DNA of 64,000 nt from Candidatus Melainabacteria bacterium RIFCSPLOWO2_02_FULL_35_15 (GTDB taxonomy: Bacteria; Cyanobacteriota; Vampirovibrionia; 2-02-FULL-35-15), in the NCBI GenBank assembly GCA_001784585.1, contig MFRN01000013.1, forward strand, positions 93,894 through 157,893. Direction: 5' to 3'. Both the position numbers and the translations under genes were made by a program. Numbering within the stretch: position 1 is the stretch's first letter; every line of letters starts with the position of its first letter. The notes beneath the pieces were generated by a model. The model saw only the letters and a program-made list of their open reading frames with translations. It made no database searches and was not told the origin of the DNA. Positions 1-10,169 of this stretch are shown here, piece after piece.

Positions 1-71
1 CAAAGAATTTTGTTTACCAATGTCCTGTGCACAATATTATATAAGGTTTTGCAAGGATATAAAGCTAAAAA

Positions 72-122
72 TAAGCTTGAAACTATAAAAACAAAAGAGA
101 CTACTATTTTTGCAGTAGTCTC
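72..122 (-). terminator. Rho-independent terminator for the 149..370 gene
   Basis: The 9-bp inverted repeat gagactact/agtagtctc sits at 97-122. On the minus strand it is followed by the U-rich run ttttgtttttat, directly 3' of the stop at 149. Confidence 0.55.
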
Positions 123-148
123 AAGTTTCTTTCTAAGAGAATAATATT

Positions 149-370
149 TTATTCTTTCTTTGGGTCTACAACAACTATTGTTGGTACATCGGCTTGTGGT
201 TCACCAATACCTAAGGCTTGTTTCCTAGCATCCACACTAATACTTAATGGTGTAATTGCTAATTTTGGAATCACTGAAAGTTGTTCTATAATTGAAGGCT
301 TTTGGTCTTGCAAAAGTTTACTCAATAATAATGATCCTATTATAGTAGTAGGTATTCTTTGACTAGGCAT
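149..370 (-). CDS. Hypothetical small protein (73 aa)
   Basis: Complete ORF with a terminator downstream. I recognise no motif. Confidence 0.35.
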   Translation of the reverse strand: MPSQRIPTTIIGSLLLSKLLQDQKPSIIEQLSVIPKLAITPLSISVDARKQALGIGEPQADVPTIVVVDPKKE

Positions 371-877
371 TTTTATTCTCCTTAAATGTTTATTTTTTAT
401 TTTACCAAATGGTCTTGTCTATACTTTGATTATGCAAAACATCTAAGTAAAAAGCAACAAAATCTTAACCAAACCCAGATTAATTTTTTTTAAGGTTTTT
501 TTGTACAAAATTAGGTTAAATCCTTAACCTGCGTAAGTCCTATAAGTAATTCAGTATAATAAAAAGAACAAAGATACTTTTATAATTCTTTTATGTTTGT
601 CCGCGGTAGCCTGTAGGCTAGTTCTTTAACAATCAGTGCCAGATTCTTTGGGTTAATAATATATTTTGTCATTGTAATTTTTGGTTAATTTCTTAATCTA
701 AAGATTAAATCATTATAAATGTTTTTTTAGCTTAAGTGTCTAAAGGCTTTATTTAAGCAGTTTTTAGCATAATTAACAATCTTTTTATTTTTACCTTAAA
801 TAAGTTTAATGTATTTTTTTTTTGCATTTGCTATTATAAAAATATAGTCAGGAAAAAATTATTTAAGGAGAAAAATT

Positions 878-1360
878 ATGGAAATACCAATTTTAGGATT
901 AGGACAAAGAGGAGTTTACTTTTCCCAGGATGAATCTGGTGGAGTAAGTAATTCTATAGATTTACAAGTTCAAGAATTATCTAAAGCTCTTGAGAATGCC
1001 TCGATAAAAAGAGATATTGGTGGAATAAGAAGTGCTGCAAGGGAATTAGGAAATGTTGGAGATAAAGCCAGTGCATCAGTACCAACACTGATTAGTGCTC
1101 TGAAACACGAGTCTGAGATGATTACTCAAGGTGAAATCGTAGATGCACTCGTAAAAATTGGAGAGAAAGCAGCACCAGCACTTTCCGAAGCTTTACACTA
1201 TGGTTGTTATAGAGTTCAAAGACAAGCATTATGGGCACTGGAAAGATTAGAAGAGAAAGCTTTACCAGCAGTACCAGGACTAGTTAAAGTTCTGAGTGCT
1301 AGGGATAAAGAACCTCGAACTACAGCAAAAAATATCCTAGAAAAACTTGGTTACTTTTAG
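878..1360 (+). CDS. HEAT/PBS-lyase-like repeat protein (160 aa)
   Basis: Several repeated alpha-helical units resemble HEAT repeats (EALHYGCYRVQRQALWALERLEEKALPAVPGLVKVL, VPTLISALKHES...). An RBS, aaggag, lies upstream. Confidence 0.55.
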   Translation: MEIPILGLGQRGVYFSQDESGGVSNSIDLQVQELSKALENASIKRDIGGIRSAARELGNVGDKASASVPTLISALKHESEMITQGEIVDALVKIGEKAAPALSEALHYGCYRVQRQALWALERLEEKALPAVPGLVKVLSARDKEPRTTAKNILEKLGYF

Positions 1361-1437
1361 ATTGAGTTTTCTTGAATAAGCACAATCTGTTCCTGCAATT
1401 ATAGCGAGGAGCACTATAGGGTAACTTTTATGCTACC

Positions 1438-1516
1438 AAAGCCAGTTCTGGAATATAAATATGTCCTTTATGGTTTATAATTTTTGTTCGAACCTGGTCC
1501 CAGATTCCCCGTTTTT
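1438..1516. repeat. Direct repeat, copy A (about 75 bp), paired with copy B at 1694..1760
   Basis: It shares CTGGAATATAAAT(a/c)TGTCCTTTATGGTTTATAATTTTTGT plus flanking bases with 1694..1760, roughly 85% identical over about 65 bp. A perfect TATAAT lies inside it. Confidence 0.6.
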
Positions 1517-1658
1517 ATAAGAAAGTAGTATGTTCTACATCAAAGACAGAAGCTAGTTCTTTTGCAATATTTGGAGTAATGCGGACTCGCCCTTTTATTA
1601 AATCATTTATTTTTGAAGTAGATAAATCAGTCTCTTTTGCTAAATCTGCTTGAGTCAT
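1515..1658 (-). CDS. Xre-family helix-turn-helix protein (47 aa). It is below the ORF-track size cutoff.
   Basis: My own translation of the minus strand gives MTQADLAKETDLSTSKINDLIKGRVRITPNIAKELASVFDVEHTTFL. This is a classic HTH_3 pattern (QADLA...S.S.I..L..G). ATG is at 1658 and TAA at 1515. Confidence 0.5.
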   Translation of the reverse strand: MTQADLAKETDLSTSKINDLIKGRVRITPNIAKELASVFDVEHTTFL

Positions 1659-1693
1659 TGTAAATAATGCTATATAGTAATTTTTACGCAGTC

Positions 1694-1760
1694 AAAGCTA
1701 ACTCTGGAATATAAATCTGTCCTTTATGGTTTATAATTTTTTGTCCCGGATTTTCCGGTT
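1694..1760. repeat. Direct repeat, copy B
   Basis: See copy A. It ends in the ccgg-atttt-ccgg hairpin, which abuts the helicase stop codon at 1763. Confidence 0.6.
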
Positions 1761-1762
1761 TA

Positions 1763-2974
1763 TTACCCTACGAAAGTCAATGCCTTACCAGTTTTATTTG
1801 CTCTGCCTGTCCTGCCTATCCTGTGGATGTAGTCATCATATGTAGCAGGTGGATCATAATTTATAACATGCGTTATATCAGCTATATCTAATCCTCTGGC
1901 AGCAACATCAGTCGCCACAAGGGTTTGCAGTTGATTTGTTTTAAAGAGCTTTAAAACTTTTTCTCTGTTTGACTGGGATTTGTTTCCATGGATAGAGCCT
2001 GCTTTAAAACCTCTTTCACGCAATGTGTTTGATAAATGCTCAACACCTCTTTTTGTTCTGCCAAAAATCAAAACTTTTTTAAATTCTTCTTTTATGAGCA
2101 AATCATGCAGATTTTCAATTTTTTTGCTTTTATCTTTTATTCTTACAACATCCTGTTCGACATTATTCGGAGTGTCGCCTGATTTTACTGAGATTTTCAC
2201 CGGGTCAGTTAAAAGTCTTCCGATTAAATTTTCGGCTTCTTTTGAAACTGTTGCTGAGAAAAACAAAGACTGTCTTTTTGCCGGAAGTAAGGATATTAAA
2301 TGCTTTATCTCGCGAACAAATCCCATATCAAGCATTCTGTCTACTTCGTCCAGCACTACATTAGAAAATTTAGAGAGAGCCAGACACCTTCTGTTAATTA
2401 AATCTTTTAACCTGCCCGGAGTTCCAATTACAAAATTTGGATTTCCTTTTAATGTATATATTTGATTACCTAAACCTGAGCCACCGATACATATTGCTGA
2501 ATAAATATTCAGGGATTTTGAAAAAGCCTTTAGCTCATCTACTATCTGCAACGCAAGTTCCCTTGTAGGAGTTATGATCAATACCTTTTCGTTTTTATCT
2601 TTTAAAACCTTTTCAATTAAAGGTATTAAAAACGAAGCTGTTTTTCCTGTACCGGTATTTGCAATTCCAAGCAAATCCTTGCCTTCCAAAATCACAGGAA
2701 TAGCCTGATCCTGAATAGGAGTCGGTTTAATATAGCCTCGATTTAAAATATTTTGTTTCAACTGCGTATTTATATTCAGTTCAAAAAAATTATTTTTAGG
2801 GATATATTCTTTCTCTGGCGTTTTTTCCATAGCTTTTCTTACATACCTGGATATTTCTATATCACTATTACTACTAATACCTTTACCTTTTTTATTTCCA
2901 AAGAATTTCTTCCTTGAACTATTATTTTTTCTATTTTTAAAAGAATAGTTAAACTTAAATGCTTTTTCTTGCAT
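1763..2974 (-). CDS. DEAD-box ATP-dependent RNA helicase
   Basis: Q-motif, Walker A (ANTGTGKT), DEVD box (VLDEVDRMLDMGF), SAT, and helicase C motifs (ARGLD, HRIGRTGR). It has a Lys/Arg-rich N-terminal tail. Confidence 0.9.
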   Translation of the reverse strand: MQEKAFKFNYSFKNRKNNSSRKKFFGNKKGKGISSNSDIEISRYVRKAMEKTPEKEYIPKNNFFELNINTQLKQNILNRGYIKPTPIQDQAIPVILEGKDLLGIANTGTGKTASFLIPLIEKVLKDKNEKVLIITPTRELALQIVDELKAFSKSLNIYSAICIGGSGLGNQIYTLKGNPNFVIGTPGRLKDLINRRCLALSKFSNVVLDEVDRMLDMGFVREIKHLISLLPAKRQSLFFSATVSKEAENLIGRLLTDPVKISVKSGDTPNNVEQDVVRIKDKSKKIENLHDLLIKEEFKKVLIFGRTKRGVEHLSNTLRERGFKAGSIHGNKSQSNREKVLKLFKTNQLQTLVATDVAARGLDIADITHVINYDPPATYDDYIHRIGRTGRANKTGKALTFVG

Positions 2975-3249
2975 GCTTGTTTTCCTTAGTTTATATTTTT
3001 CTTAAAAATTATTGAAACAGAGACTCTTATATTAGTTAGTTAAGTTTATTGCTATTTAGGGAGAATCTATTAAAAATGATTTTTAGACTATGTTAGTATA
3101 ACATCTAAGTGAAATCACTTTTCTCAATTCCCCATAAAAAGGCTTATTGAGGCATATCAAAAGAAAAACTTAATATTATTTTTATATTTATTGATCTTCA
3201 TCTGCAAGTTATCTACAATATCCTCTAGTTACCAATTGGAGGAAAATCA

Positions 3250-3573
3250 ATGGATAAATTTAGCAAACTGGTAAGTTTAGTATATGGAGTAATGTTAGTC
3301 TTTGGTGGTGTAATAGGCTTTTTAAAGGTTCACAGTAAAATTTCACTGCTTACAGGAATTGTAAGCGGATTAATAGTTTTATTAAGCTGTAAAATTAAAT
3401 CCGCATCCGCATATTTATATGTTTCCGCAATAAGTCTGATTCTTGCCGGATTCTTTTCCTACAGGTTTGCATATTCTCACGCACTAATACCTACCGGGTT
3501 AATGCTTATCCTAAGCACCACTGCTTTTTGCATAGTTTCATTAAGCTGGTTTAAATCCAAAAAGAAAAAATGA
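3250..3573 (+). CDS. TMEM14/UPF0136-family small membrane protein
   Basis: 107 aa with four predicted TM helices. The GG..G(F)LK..S..SL..G..SG pattern is present. Confidence 0.5.
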   Translation: MDKFSKLVSLVYGVMLVFGGVIGFLKVHSKISLLTGIVSGLIVLLSCKIKSASAYLYVSAISLILAGFFSYRFAYSHALIPTGLMLILSTTAFCIVSLSWFKSKKKK

Positions 3574-3574
3574 C

Positions 3575-4315
3575 ATGATTGCAATACCTCATTACAGCTG
3601 GGATGTGGCGACTGTTTTGTTTTTTAATAAGTTCTGCGGAAAGTCACAATTCTGGGACACATTGGCACTTTTATTTTTATCGGTTGATGCGCTAAGAACA
3701 GCTATTTTAGTGGCATTGACAGCAGGCATCTGGCAATATGGAAAATCCAAATCAGATAAAAACGCTCAAAAAAGAGTGCTCTGTATTTTATTTAGCATTA
3801 TTCTTACTCTTGGAATAATTGAAATATTAAATGCACTCATTGACAGCCCAAGGCCTATAGTAACCATGGGACATTTAATTTACAACCCGATTACTACTTT
3901 AGATACACAAGCGTTATGGAAAGAAGGTTGGGTTAGAAATCCAAAACACGGATCATTCCCAAGCGACACAGTAGCACTGCTTACCACAATAGCTGCCGGA
4001 TTATTTGTATGGAACAGGTTCCTTGGAATCACAGCATTTTTATTTGTTCTTATAGCAGGAATTTTACCCAGATTATATTTCGGGCTTCATTATGTATCAG
4101 ACATGGCATTAGGTATGGCAATAGCTGTATGCTCAAGTATTATAATTGAAAAAATAAATTTGTTTAAATCTCTAAGTGAAAAAATATTAGAACTTGAAAG
4201 GCGGTTTCCTTATTTATTTGGAGTAATTAGTTTTTATACAGCTTATGTAATCGCTGAAAAGTTTGTTTTACTTAGAAAACTACCCCTTTGGATAAGAGCA
4301 ATGCTGGAGCATTAA
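3575..4315 (+). CDS. PAP2-family membrane phosphatase (phosphatidic-acid or undecaprenyl-PP phosphatase-like)
   Basis: PAP2 motifs: ..DSPRP, SFPSDT (a variant of PSGH), and GLHYVSD (a variant of SRxxxxxHxxxD). It is multi-TM. Confidence 0.6.
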   Translation: MIAIPHYSWDVATVLFFNKFCGKSQFWDTLALLFLSVDALRTAILVALTAGIWQYGKSKSDKNAQKRVLCILFSIILTLGIIEILNALIDSPRPIVTMGHLIYNPITTLDTQALWKEGWVRNPKHGSFPSDTVALLTTIAAGLFVWNRFLGITAFLFVLIAGILPRLYFGLHYVSDMALGMAIAVCSSIIIEKINLFKSLSEKILELERRFPYLFGVISFYTAYVIAEKFVLLRKLPLWIRAMLEH

Positions 4316-5898
4316 ATAATACCGACAAAATACTTTCTTCTCAGATCAAGGAGTTTAATTCCGGCGAAAAGTTCTTTGTATTTTTCAATATCTGACGAAT
4401 GCCCTATTACAAAAACATTGCTGTCATGTAAATTTTTAATTTTCTTAATTTGATATTTTTTATCACTAAAGTCAACCGGCAAGCCGCTGTAATAAACCAG
4501 AGAAGGGCGATACATACCAAAAGATATAATTTTAGCTGCATTGTTTTTTTTAGCAAGTCTGGCAAAATCTCTTAAGTCTGCATGTGTATGCTTATAATAA
4601 GGAACAAGGTAAGAATTAAGTCCAAAGATAAAGAAAACAATAAAACTTAAAGCAAAGCCAATAACCAATGAATAGGCTTTTTTCAGGCAAAAGACAGAAA
4701 CCAGTAATCCAAAAAACAGAAAAGCTGCACACAAAGATATTTTTAACAACACTATGGATTTAAGTGATTGTTCTGTGTTCCATTTCAACAATAAATTAAA
4801 AACACAAAAAAATACCGGAATTAAAAGCAGCAATAAAAATATAATTATATTTCTTATAGCACCAGGGCTTCTTTTAGATAAAACTGAAGCCCAGTACCCG
4901 GTAATAATTGAAAGCGGAGGAAATATTAACAAAATATATGTAGCAAGTTTTGTAGTGCTAAAGGAAAAAAACAAAAATACCGTTACTATCCAGACAAAAG
5001 AAAATAATAAAAGTTTATTAAACGATTTCTTTAAAACCCGTTTAAAGAGATGTATAACAGCATCAATAAAAAAAAGAGTCCATGGCATAAATCCACCCAG
5101 AACTACAGGTACATAAAACCAGAATGGTCCGGGATGCTCTCCTACCACAGAAGTAAATCTTTTTAAATTATGTTCAAAGAAAAACTCACGGGTAAATTCT
5201 CCATTTGTCACCAAGTGTACCTTCAGATACCAGGGAAGACTTATCAGCAAAGCAAAAAATAAAATTGTAAAGTAAACCCTTAAGTGCTTAATGTCAAGCT
5301 GTTTTTTAACGATTAGAAATCCGGTTAAAACAACTAACGGCAATAAAACGCCGACAGGACCTTTTGTTAATGCTGAAAACCCGCAAAAAACACCAGCCAG
5401 AATACACCAGAAAATTTTTATCTTAAAATCTTTTATATAGCAACTTAAAAAAGCAGAATACAAAGAGCCTGTAAAAAAGAAACATAAAGTCGTATCAGTA
5501 GCAGCTCTTCTCCCAAGCAAAACAAACTCAACAGATGTAATTAAAATTATTGCTGATAAAAATGAGACTCTCTTTCCGAAAACTTTTTTTGTGATATACC
5601 ATGTGAATAAAACACATAAAGTTGCACACAGTGCCGATGGTAATCTGCTTGTAAAATCACTTATTCCAAAGAGTTTATATGAAAGTGCAATTAACCAGTA
5701 AAATAAAACAGGCTTATCAAATCTGTTTTGAAAATTAAATTGTGGAATAATCCAGTTATTGCTTTTAAGCATCTCAAGAGCAGTACCGGCATAGCGCGGT
5801 TCATCTTTATCAAGCAAGCCATAATTACCAATTCCAAAGAAAAAAACAAAAAAGCATAAAAGCAACAAAAGCAAATTAAGTTTGCTCATCAGGCGCAA
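4312..5898 (-). CDS. GT39/GT83 (ArnT / PMT-like) membrane glycosyltransferase
   Basis: N-terminal DEPRYA motif (LLDKDEPRYAGTALEML) and about 12 TM helices. It is convergent with, and overlaps, the PAP2 gene. Confidence 0.75.
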   Translation of the reverse strand: MRLMSKLNLLLLLLCFFVFFFGIGNYGLLDKDEPRYAGTALEMLKSNNWIIPQFNFQNRFDKPVLFYWLIALSYKLFGISDFTSRLPSALCATLCVLFTWYITKKVFGKRVSFLSAIILITSVEFVLLGRRAATDTTLCFFFTGSLYSAFLSCYIKDFKIKIFWCILAGVFCGFSALTKGPVGVLLPLVVLTGFLIVKKQLDIKHLRVYFTILFFALLISLPWYLKVHLVTNGEFTREFFFEHNLKRFTSVVGEHPGPFWFYVPVVLGGFMPWTLFFIDAVIHLFKRVLKKSFNKLLLFSFVWIVTVFLFFSFSTTKLATYILLIFPPLSIITGYWASVLSKRSPGAIRNIIIFLLLLLIPVFFCVFNLLLKWNTEQSLKSIVLLKISLCAAFLFFGLLVSVFCLKKAYSLVIGFALSFIVFFIFGLNSYLVPYYKHTHADLRDFARLAKKNNAAKIISFGMYRPSLVYYSGLPVDFSDKKYQIKKIKNLHDSNVFVIGHSSDIEKYKELFAGIKLLDLRRKYFVGII

Positions 5899-8884
5899 AC
5901 CCTCTTCGCATGGTATTTTCTGTTATTACTCTGGGTTCTACAAATTGTAACAGATAATCCCTGCCACCAGCTTTAGAACCAATGCCTGACATTTTAAATC
6001 CGCCAAAAGGCTGCCTGCCTACCTTTGCACCTGTAGAACCACGATTTATATAAAGATTTCCTACTCTGAATTTTGCCTTGGCAAGTTTTATATTCCCAGG
6101 GCTTCTGGAAAAGATTCCACCTGTCAGAGCAAACTTAACACCATTTGCAATATTAATTGCATCTTCAAAATTTTCTGCTTTAATGACAGCTAATACAGGA
6201 GCAAATATTTCTTCCTGAGCTATCCTTGTGTCTGGTTTTACATCTTTAAAAATCGTTGGTGAAATAAAATAACCATTAGCAGATACGTTGCCATCGCCAC
6301 AAATCATTACACCTTCACTCTTACCAATTTCAATATATTTTTTTGTATTTTCAAAAGCATTTTTATCAATTACAGGTCCCAGATATGAGGCAGGATCTTC
6401 TGAAGCAGCAACCTTAATGCTTTTTGCAGCTTCAGTTAGTCGCTCAAGGAAATGTTCATAAACTTCTTTCAGAACAATAACTCTTGAAGCAGCTGAACAT
6501 TTTTGTCCGGCATAACCAAACGCACTGTATATAATACCTTTAACAGCCTCGTCCAGATCAGCATCAGCATCAACAATAATGGCATTTTTCCCGCCCATTT
6601 CACAAATAACTTTTTTTACAAAATCCTGCCTGTGAAAAACTTCTCCTGCAAGCTTATTAATAGAGAGTCCAACCTCCACAGAACCAGTAAAAGCAATAAC
6701 ATTTACATTTTTATGTTTAACAAGATAATTTCCTATAACTTTTCCATCTCCAGGCAGGTAACTGCATACACCAGGCGGCAATCCTGCTTCTTCTAAAATT
6801 CCTGCGTACTTAGAAGCAATTATACTTGCCTGTTTTGCAGGTTTTAAAATTACTGTATTTCCACAGGCAAGTGCTGCCGAACTCATACCGGTTAAAATTG
6901 CAAGCGGGAAGTTCCACGGAGATATCACAGCAGTAATACCCCTTGGCTGATAAAAAGAATAGTTTTCTTCACCTAAAGGAGAAATAAGTTTTTCAAAAGT
7001 AAACAGCCGTTTTACTTCTAATGAATAATAATTTAAAAAATCAATCGCTTCACTTACATCCCCATCTGCTTCTCTCCACGGCTTTCCTTCCTCCAGAGTC
7101 ATAACAGCAGAAAGTTCAAACCTTCTTTGTCTCATAATTTCTGCAGCTTTTTGAAGAATTCCAGTTCGATAATTAACATCAGTACCTGACCAGTTAACAA
7201 ATGCACATTTAGCAGCATTAACAGCATCTTCAGCATGGTTAATATCAGCCATTGAAAATTTTCCAATAACTTCAGAATAGTTAGACGGGTTTATAGAATT
7301 ACACCATTTATCAGTTTCTATTCTTTTTCCATCAATAATCAGGGGGTATTTTTTTTCAGACTCTTTTTTAAAATTTTCAATTGCAGATTTCATCAGATAT
7401 CGGTTTTTTAAAACTGTAAAATCTGTATCAGGCTCATTTAAAAATTTCTGCAGATTTGATGTGTGAGCTTTGCTTACGGGCAGCTTAATGTTTTTAGCTG
7501 CTTCAGGAGATTTCAAAAGTTCATCTTCGCTGATACCTTCAGCAAATCCCTGCCTTAGAAATGATTCATTTGCAGTATTTTCCAGAAGTCTGCGCACTAA
7601 ATATGCCATACCAGGGATAAGCTCACCATAAGGAGTATAAACCCTGACTCTCTCACCAAAATTAACAAAAGCTTCCTTAATGGGATCTGCCATTCCAAAC
7701 AAAAACTGATATTCAAGAGCACCTTTCGGTAGTTTTTTTTCTTCAGCATATGTTTTTGAGAATGCAAGTGAGCGAATATTATGACTGGCAATAGCCGGAA
7801 AAACTACAGGATAATTATCTATTAATATTTTTATCAGTTTTTCAAAATTAGCATCAGTTTCATTTTTATTCTGAAAAACCGGAGAAGGCCACCTTTTTTG
7901 TTTTGAAATAATAGTTTCATAATCCCAGTAAGCACCTTTTACCAGTCTTATAGTAATGGGTACTCCTCTCTTTTTAACCCACTCAATAAGATTCTTTAAA
8001 TCTGACTCAGAGTCCTTTAAATAGGCCTGAATAACTATCCCGGCATGTTCCCATGTTATAAATTCTTTCTCACACAAGATCGCCTTAAAAACAGCAAGGG
8101 TCAAATCTTTAAAATGATAATCCTCCATATCCAGGTAAACAAAGGCTCCGCAATCCTTTGCAAGTTTAAAGATAGGGTAAAGTCTTTCTTTTAACAGGGC
8201 TGCGGAATTCTCAAAATCAACAGGATCTGCCTGAGAGTATAAGGATGAAAGTTTTACTGAAACATTTACTTTTGGTAATGTTCCGTAGGGAGAAATATCA
8301 AGAAGTGAAATATTGCTCCATTTTAAAACTTCACCTGATAGCCCGGAAATAAGCTCCAGGTAAAGATTTTGATAGTAAGAGGCTTCTTTTTCGCTCAATA
8401 CAGCCTCTCCCAGAATATCAACTGTATAAGACATTTGATTCTTGCGTAAATCATTTACCCGTAAAAAAACTTCTTTTACATTTCCACCGGCAATAAAAGT
8501 TTTTGCCATCTGTGAAACACCAGCTTTTATAGCAAAAGATGCTGCCATCTTACCGAGAATATTACCTGTACCAAATGCCGTTAATGACTTTATAAGATCA
8601 GCATATTCGCCCTTTACAGAACCAAAGTACTCATTGATGTGTTTTAATAACTGTTCATTTGTATTTAAAGAAGGAAGTACATCCACAAAACGAAAAAGCT
8701 CAGTCTTTAGCATTTGATCTTTCATGCCAAGCTCCATAAGCTTTGTGCTCCAGAATGAACGATCAAAGAATAAAGATTGAGATGATTTAACCCTTTGAAA
8801 TATCAGCTTCCCTGTTTTTTTTACTTTACATTCAAATGCTTCCAGTGAAGTATCCATAATACTCTCAGTCAATAAGTTACTCAT
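5876..8884 (-). CDS. putA: Bifunctional proline dehydrogenase / delta-1-pyrroline-5-carboxylate dehydrogenase
   Basis: 1002 aa. It has an N-terminal PRODH domain and a C-terminal ALDH domain with EMGGKN and FGYAGQKCSA catalytic motifs. Confidence 0.9.
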   Translation of the reverse strand: MSNLLTESIMDTSLEAFECKVKKTGKLIFQRVKSSQSLFFDRSFWSTKLMELGMKDQMLKTELFRFVDVLPSLNTNEQLLKHINEYFGSVKGEYADLIKSLTAFGTGNILGKMAASFAIKAGVSQMAKTFIAGGNVKEVFLRVNDLRKNQMSYTVDILGEAVLSEKEASYYQNLYLELISGLSGEVLKWSNISLLDISPYGTLPKVNVSVKLSSLYSQADPVDFENSAALLKERLYPIFKLAKDCGAFVYLDMEDYHFKDLTLAVFKAILCEKEFITWEHAGIVIQAYLKDSESDLKNLIEWVKKRGVPITIRLVKGAYWDYETIISKQKRWPSPVFQNKNETDANFEKLIKILIDNYPVVFPAIASHNIRSLAFSKTYAEEKKLPKGALEYQFLFGMADPIKEAFVNFGERVRVYTPYGELIPGMAYLVRRLLENTANESFLRQGFAEGISEDELLKSPEAAKNIKLPVSKAHTSNLQKFLNEPDTDFTVLKNRYLMKSAIENFKKESEKKYPLIIDGKRIETDKWCNSINPSNYSEVIGKFSMADINHAEDAVNAAKCAFVNWSGTDVNYRTGILQKAAEIMRQRRFELSAVMTLEEGKPWREADGDVSEAIDFLNYYSLEVKRLFTFEKLISPLGEENYSFYQPRGITAVISPWNFPLAILTGMSSAALACGNTVILKPAKQASIIASKYAGILEEAGLPPGVCSYLPGDGKVIGNYLVKHKNVNVIAFTGSVEVGLSINKLAGEVFHRQDFVKKVICEMGGKNAIIVDADADLDEAVKGIIYSAFGYAGQKCSAASRVIVLKEVYEHFLERLTEAAKSIKVAASEDPASYLGPVIDKNAFENTKKYIEIGKSEGVMICGDGNVSANGYFISPTIFKDVKPDTRIAQEEIFAPVLAVIKAENFEDAINIANGVKFALTGGIFSRSPGNIKLAKAKFRVGNLYINRGSTGAKVGRQPFGGFKMSGIGSKAGGRDYLLQFVEPRVITENTMRRGFAPDEQT

Positions 8885-8929
8885 ACCTACAATGATACAA
8901 TATGTGGCGTATACAGACCCGGCACGTAT

Positions 8930-9892
8930 ATGGAATATCGTATTCTTGGTAAAACAAATTTAAAAGTATCTGCCATAGGATTTGGCGGATGGGCTATTGG
9001 CGGAAACATGTGGGGGCATCAAGATGATAATGATTCTGTAGCTGCCCTAAATAAAGCAATTGACCTTGGGGTTAATTTTATTGATACAGCTTTAGTTTAT
9101 GGAAATGGACATAGCGAAGAAATAATAGGAAAAGTTTTAAAAACAAGAAAAGAAAAAATTTACATAGCTACAAAAATACCGCCACTTAGCTGGCCGCCGC
9201 CATTAAACAGTCCCATAAAAGATGCTTTTCCAAAAAAAAAGATTACTGAATCAGTAGAAGCAAGTCTTAGAAACCTTGGTGTTGATTGTATTGATTTAAT
9301 ACAGCTTCATTCATGGCGTGAAAGCTGGACAAATGACACAGAATGGTATGAAACTCTTTGTAAATTTAAAGAGCAGGGGAAAATAAAATATATTGGAATA
9401 TCAGTTCATGACAATATGGAAGATGAAGCACTTGAATTGATTGAGACAGAAAGAGTAGATACAATCCAGGTTGTATATAATGTCTTTGCCCAAACACCTA
9501 AGAAAAATTTATTTCCAAAAGCACAAAAATATAATATAGGAATAATAGCCCGGGTTCCACTAGCATATGGTGCGTTAAGTGGGAAATTTACAAAAGAGAC
9601 AACTTTTGCAGAAAATGATTTTCGCAGGAATAAATACACAGGAAGCAATCTTAAGGCAATTTTAGAAAAAGCAGAACAGTTTAAAAGCATTGTTAATAGT
9701 GATAATAAAAAGACACTGGTAGCAAATGCCCTGCATTTTGTACTTTCCAATCCGGCAGTATCGCTAACCATTCCTGGAATAAGAAGTGCCAAACAAGCCA
9801 CAGAGAACTGTAATATTTTCAATGAAAAAGATTTAATTTCAGGCAAGGTTTTAAATGCACTAAACGAATTCTCTATTCAAAGAACTTACTAA
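8930..9892 (+). CDS. Aldo/keto reductase
   Basis: AKR fold motifs (GFGGWAIGG, IDTALVYGNG, IGISVH). 320 aa. Confidence 0.85.
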   Translation: MEYRILGKTNLKVSAIGFGGWAIGGNMWGHQDDNDSVAALNKAIDLGVNFIDTALVYGNGHSEEIIGKVLKTRKEKIYIATKIPPLSWPPPLNSPIKDAFPKKKITESVEASLRNLGVDCIDLIQLHSWRESWTNDTEWYETLCKFKEQGKIKYIGISVHDNMEDEALELIETERVDTIQVVYNVFAQTPKKNLFPKAQKYNIGIIARVPLAYGALSGKFTKETTFAENDFRRNKYTGSNLKAILEKAEQFKSIVNSDNKKTLVANALHFVLSNPAVSLTIPGIRSAKQATENCNIFNEKDLISGKVLNALNEFSIQRTY

Positions 9893-10127
9893 AATCATCC
9901 TTAGTAAGAAGTTTGGAATAATCATTTAAGAGATTATTTATCTGAGTTAATATCTGGATTTTTTGTTCTAAAGAATCATCTTTAATTTTATTTTTTGAAT
10001 TTATTTCGGATTTTGCAATTTTTTTTAATTTTTTATAGCTGAGTAAAATCTTATCCACAACAGACTGAGAATTAAATTTATTGTTTTGAAAATAAGTTGG
10101 TTTTACTTCGGATTTTAATGCAAACAT
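9873..10127 (-). CDS. Hypothetical small Lys-rich protein (84 aa)
   Basis: ORF only. It is probably the last gene of the minus-strand pyrimidine-catabolism transcription unit. Confidence 0.3.
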   Translation of the reverse strand: MFALKSEVKPTYFQNNKFNSQSVVDKILLSYKKLKKIAKSEINSKNKIKDDSLEQKIQILTQINNLLNDYSKLLTKDDFSKFFE

Positions 10128-10169
10128 AAGAACCTTTTAGACGAGGCAAAAAATCAACAGGTTCCAAGG

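Noticed and set aside
1485-1516. tRNA-like T-arm GTTCGAACC inside direct-repeat copy A. It could be a tRNA-derived attachment site.
   Set aside because: I could fold no acceptor, D or anticodon arm. No integrase is nearby. The second repeat copy lacks this segment.
1980-2465. Antisense or embedded ORFs in the six-frame track. Examples are 1980-2465, 4754-5116, 6503-6796, 8442-8717, 9406-9846, 11826-12275, 20209-20526, 29642-29989 and 49233-49682.
   Set aside because: Each lies wholly inside a longer ORF on the opposite strand or in another frame that has clear homology motifs. Their composition is low-complexity and typical of spurious AT-rich reading frames.
9230-9242. An A9 homopolymer inside the aldo/keto reductase gene, as a phase-variation tract
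   Set aside because: It encodes Lys-Lys-Lys in a Lys-rich AT-rich genome. Such tracts are frequent here, and nothing suggests frameshifted variants.
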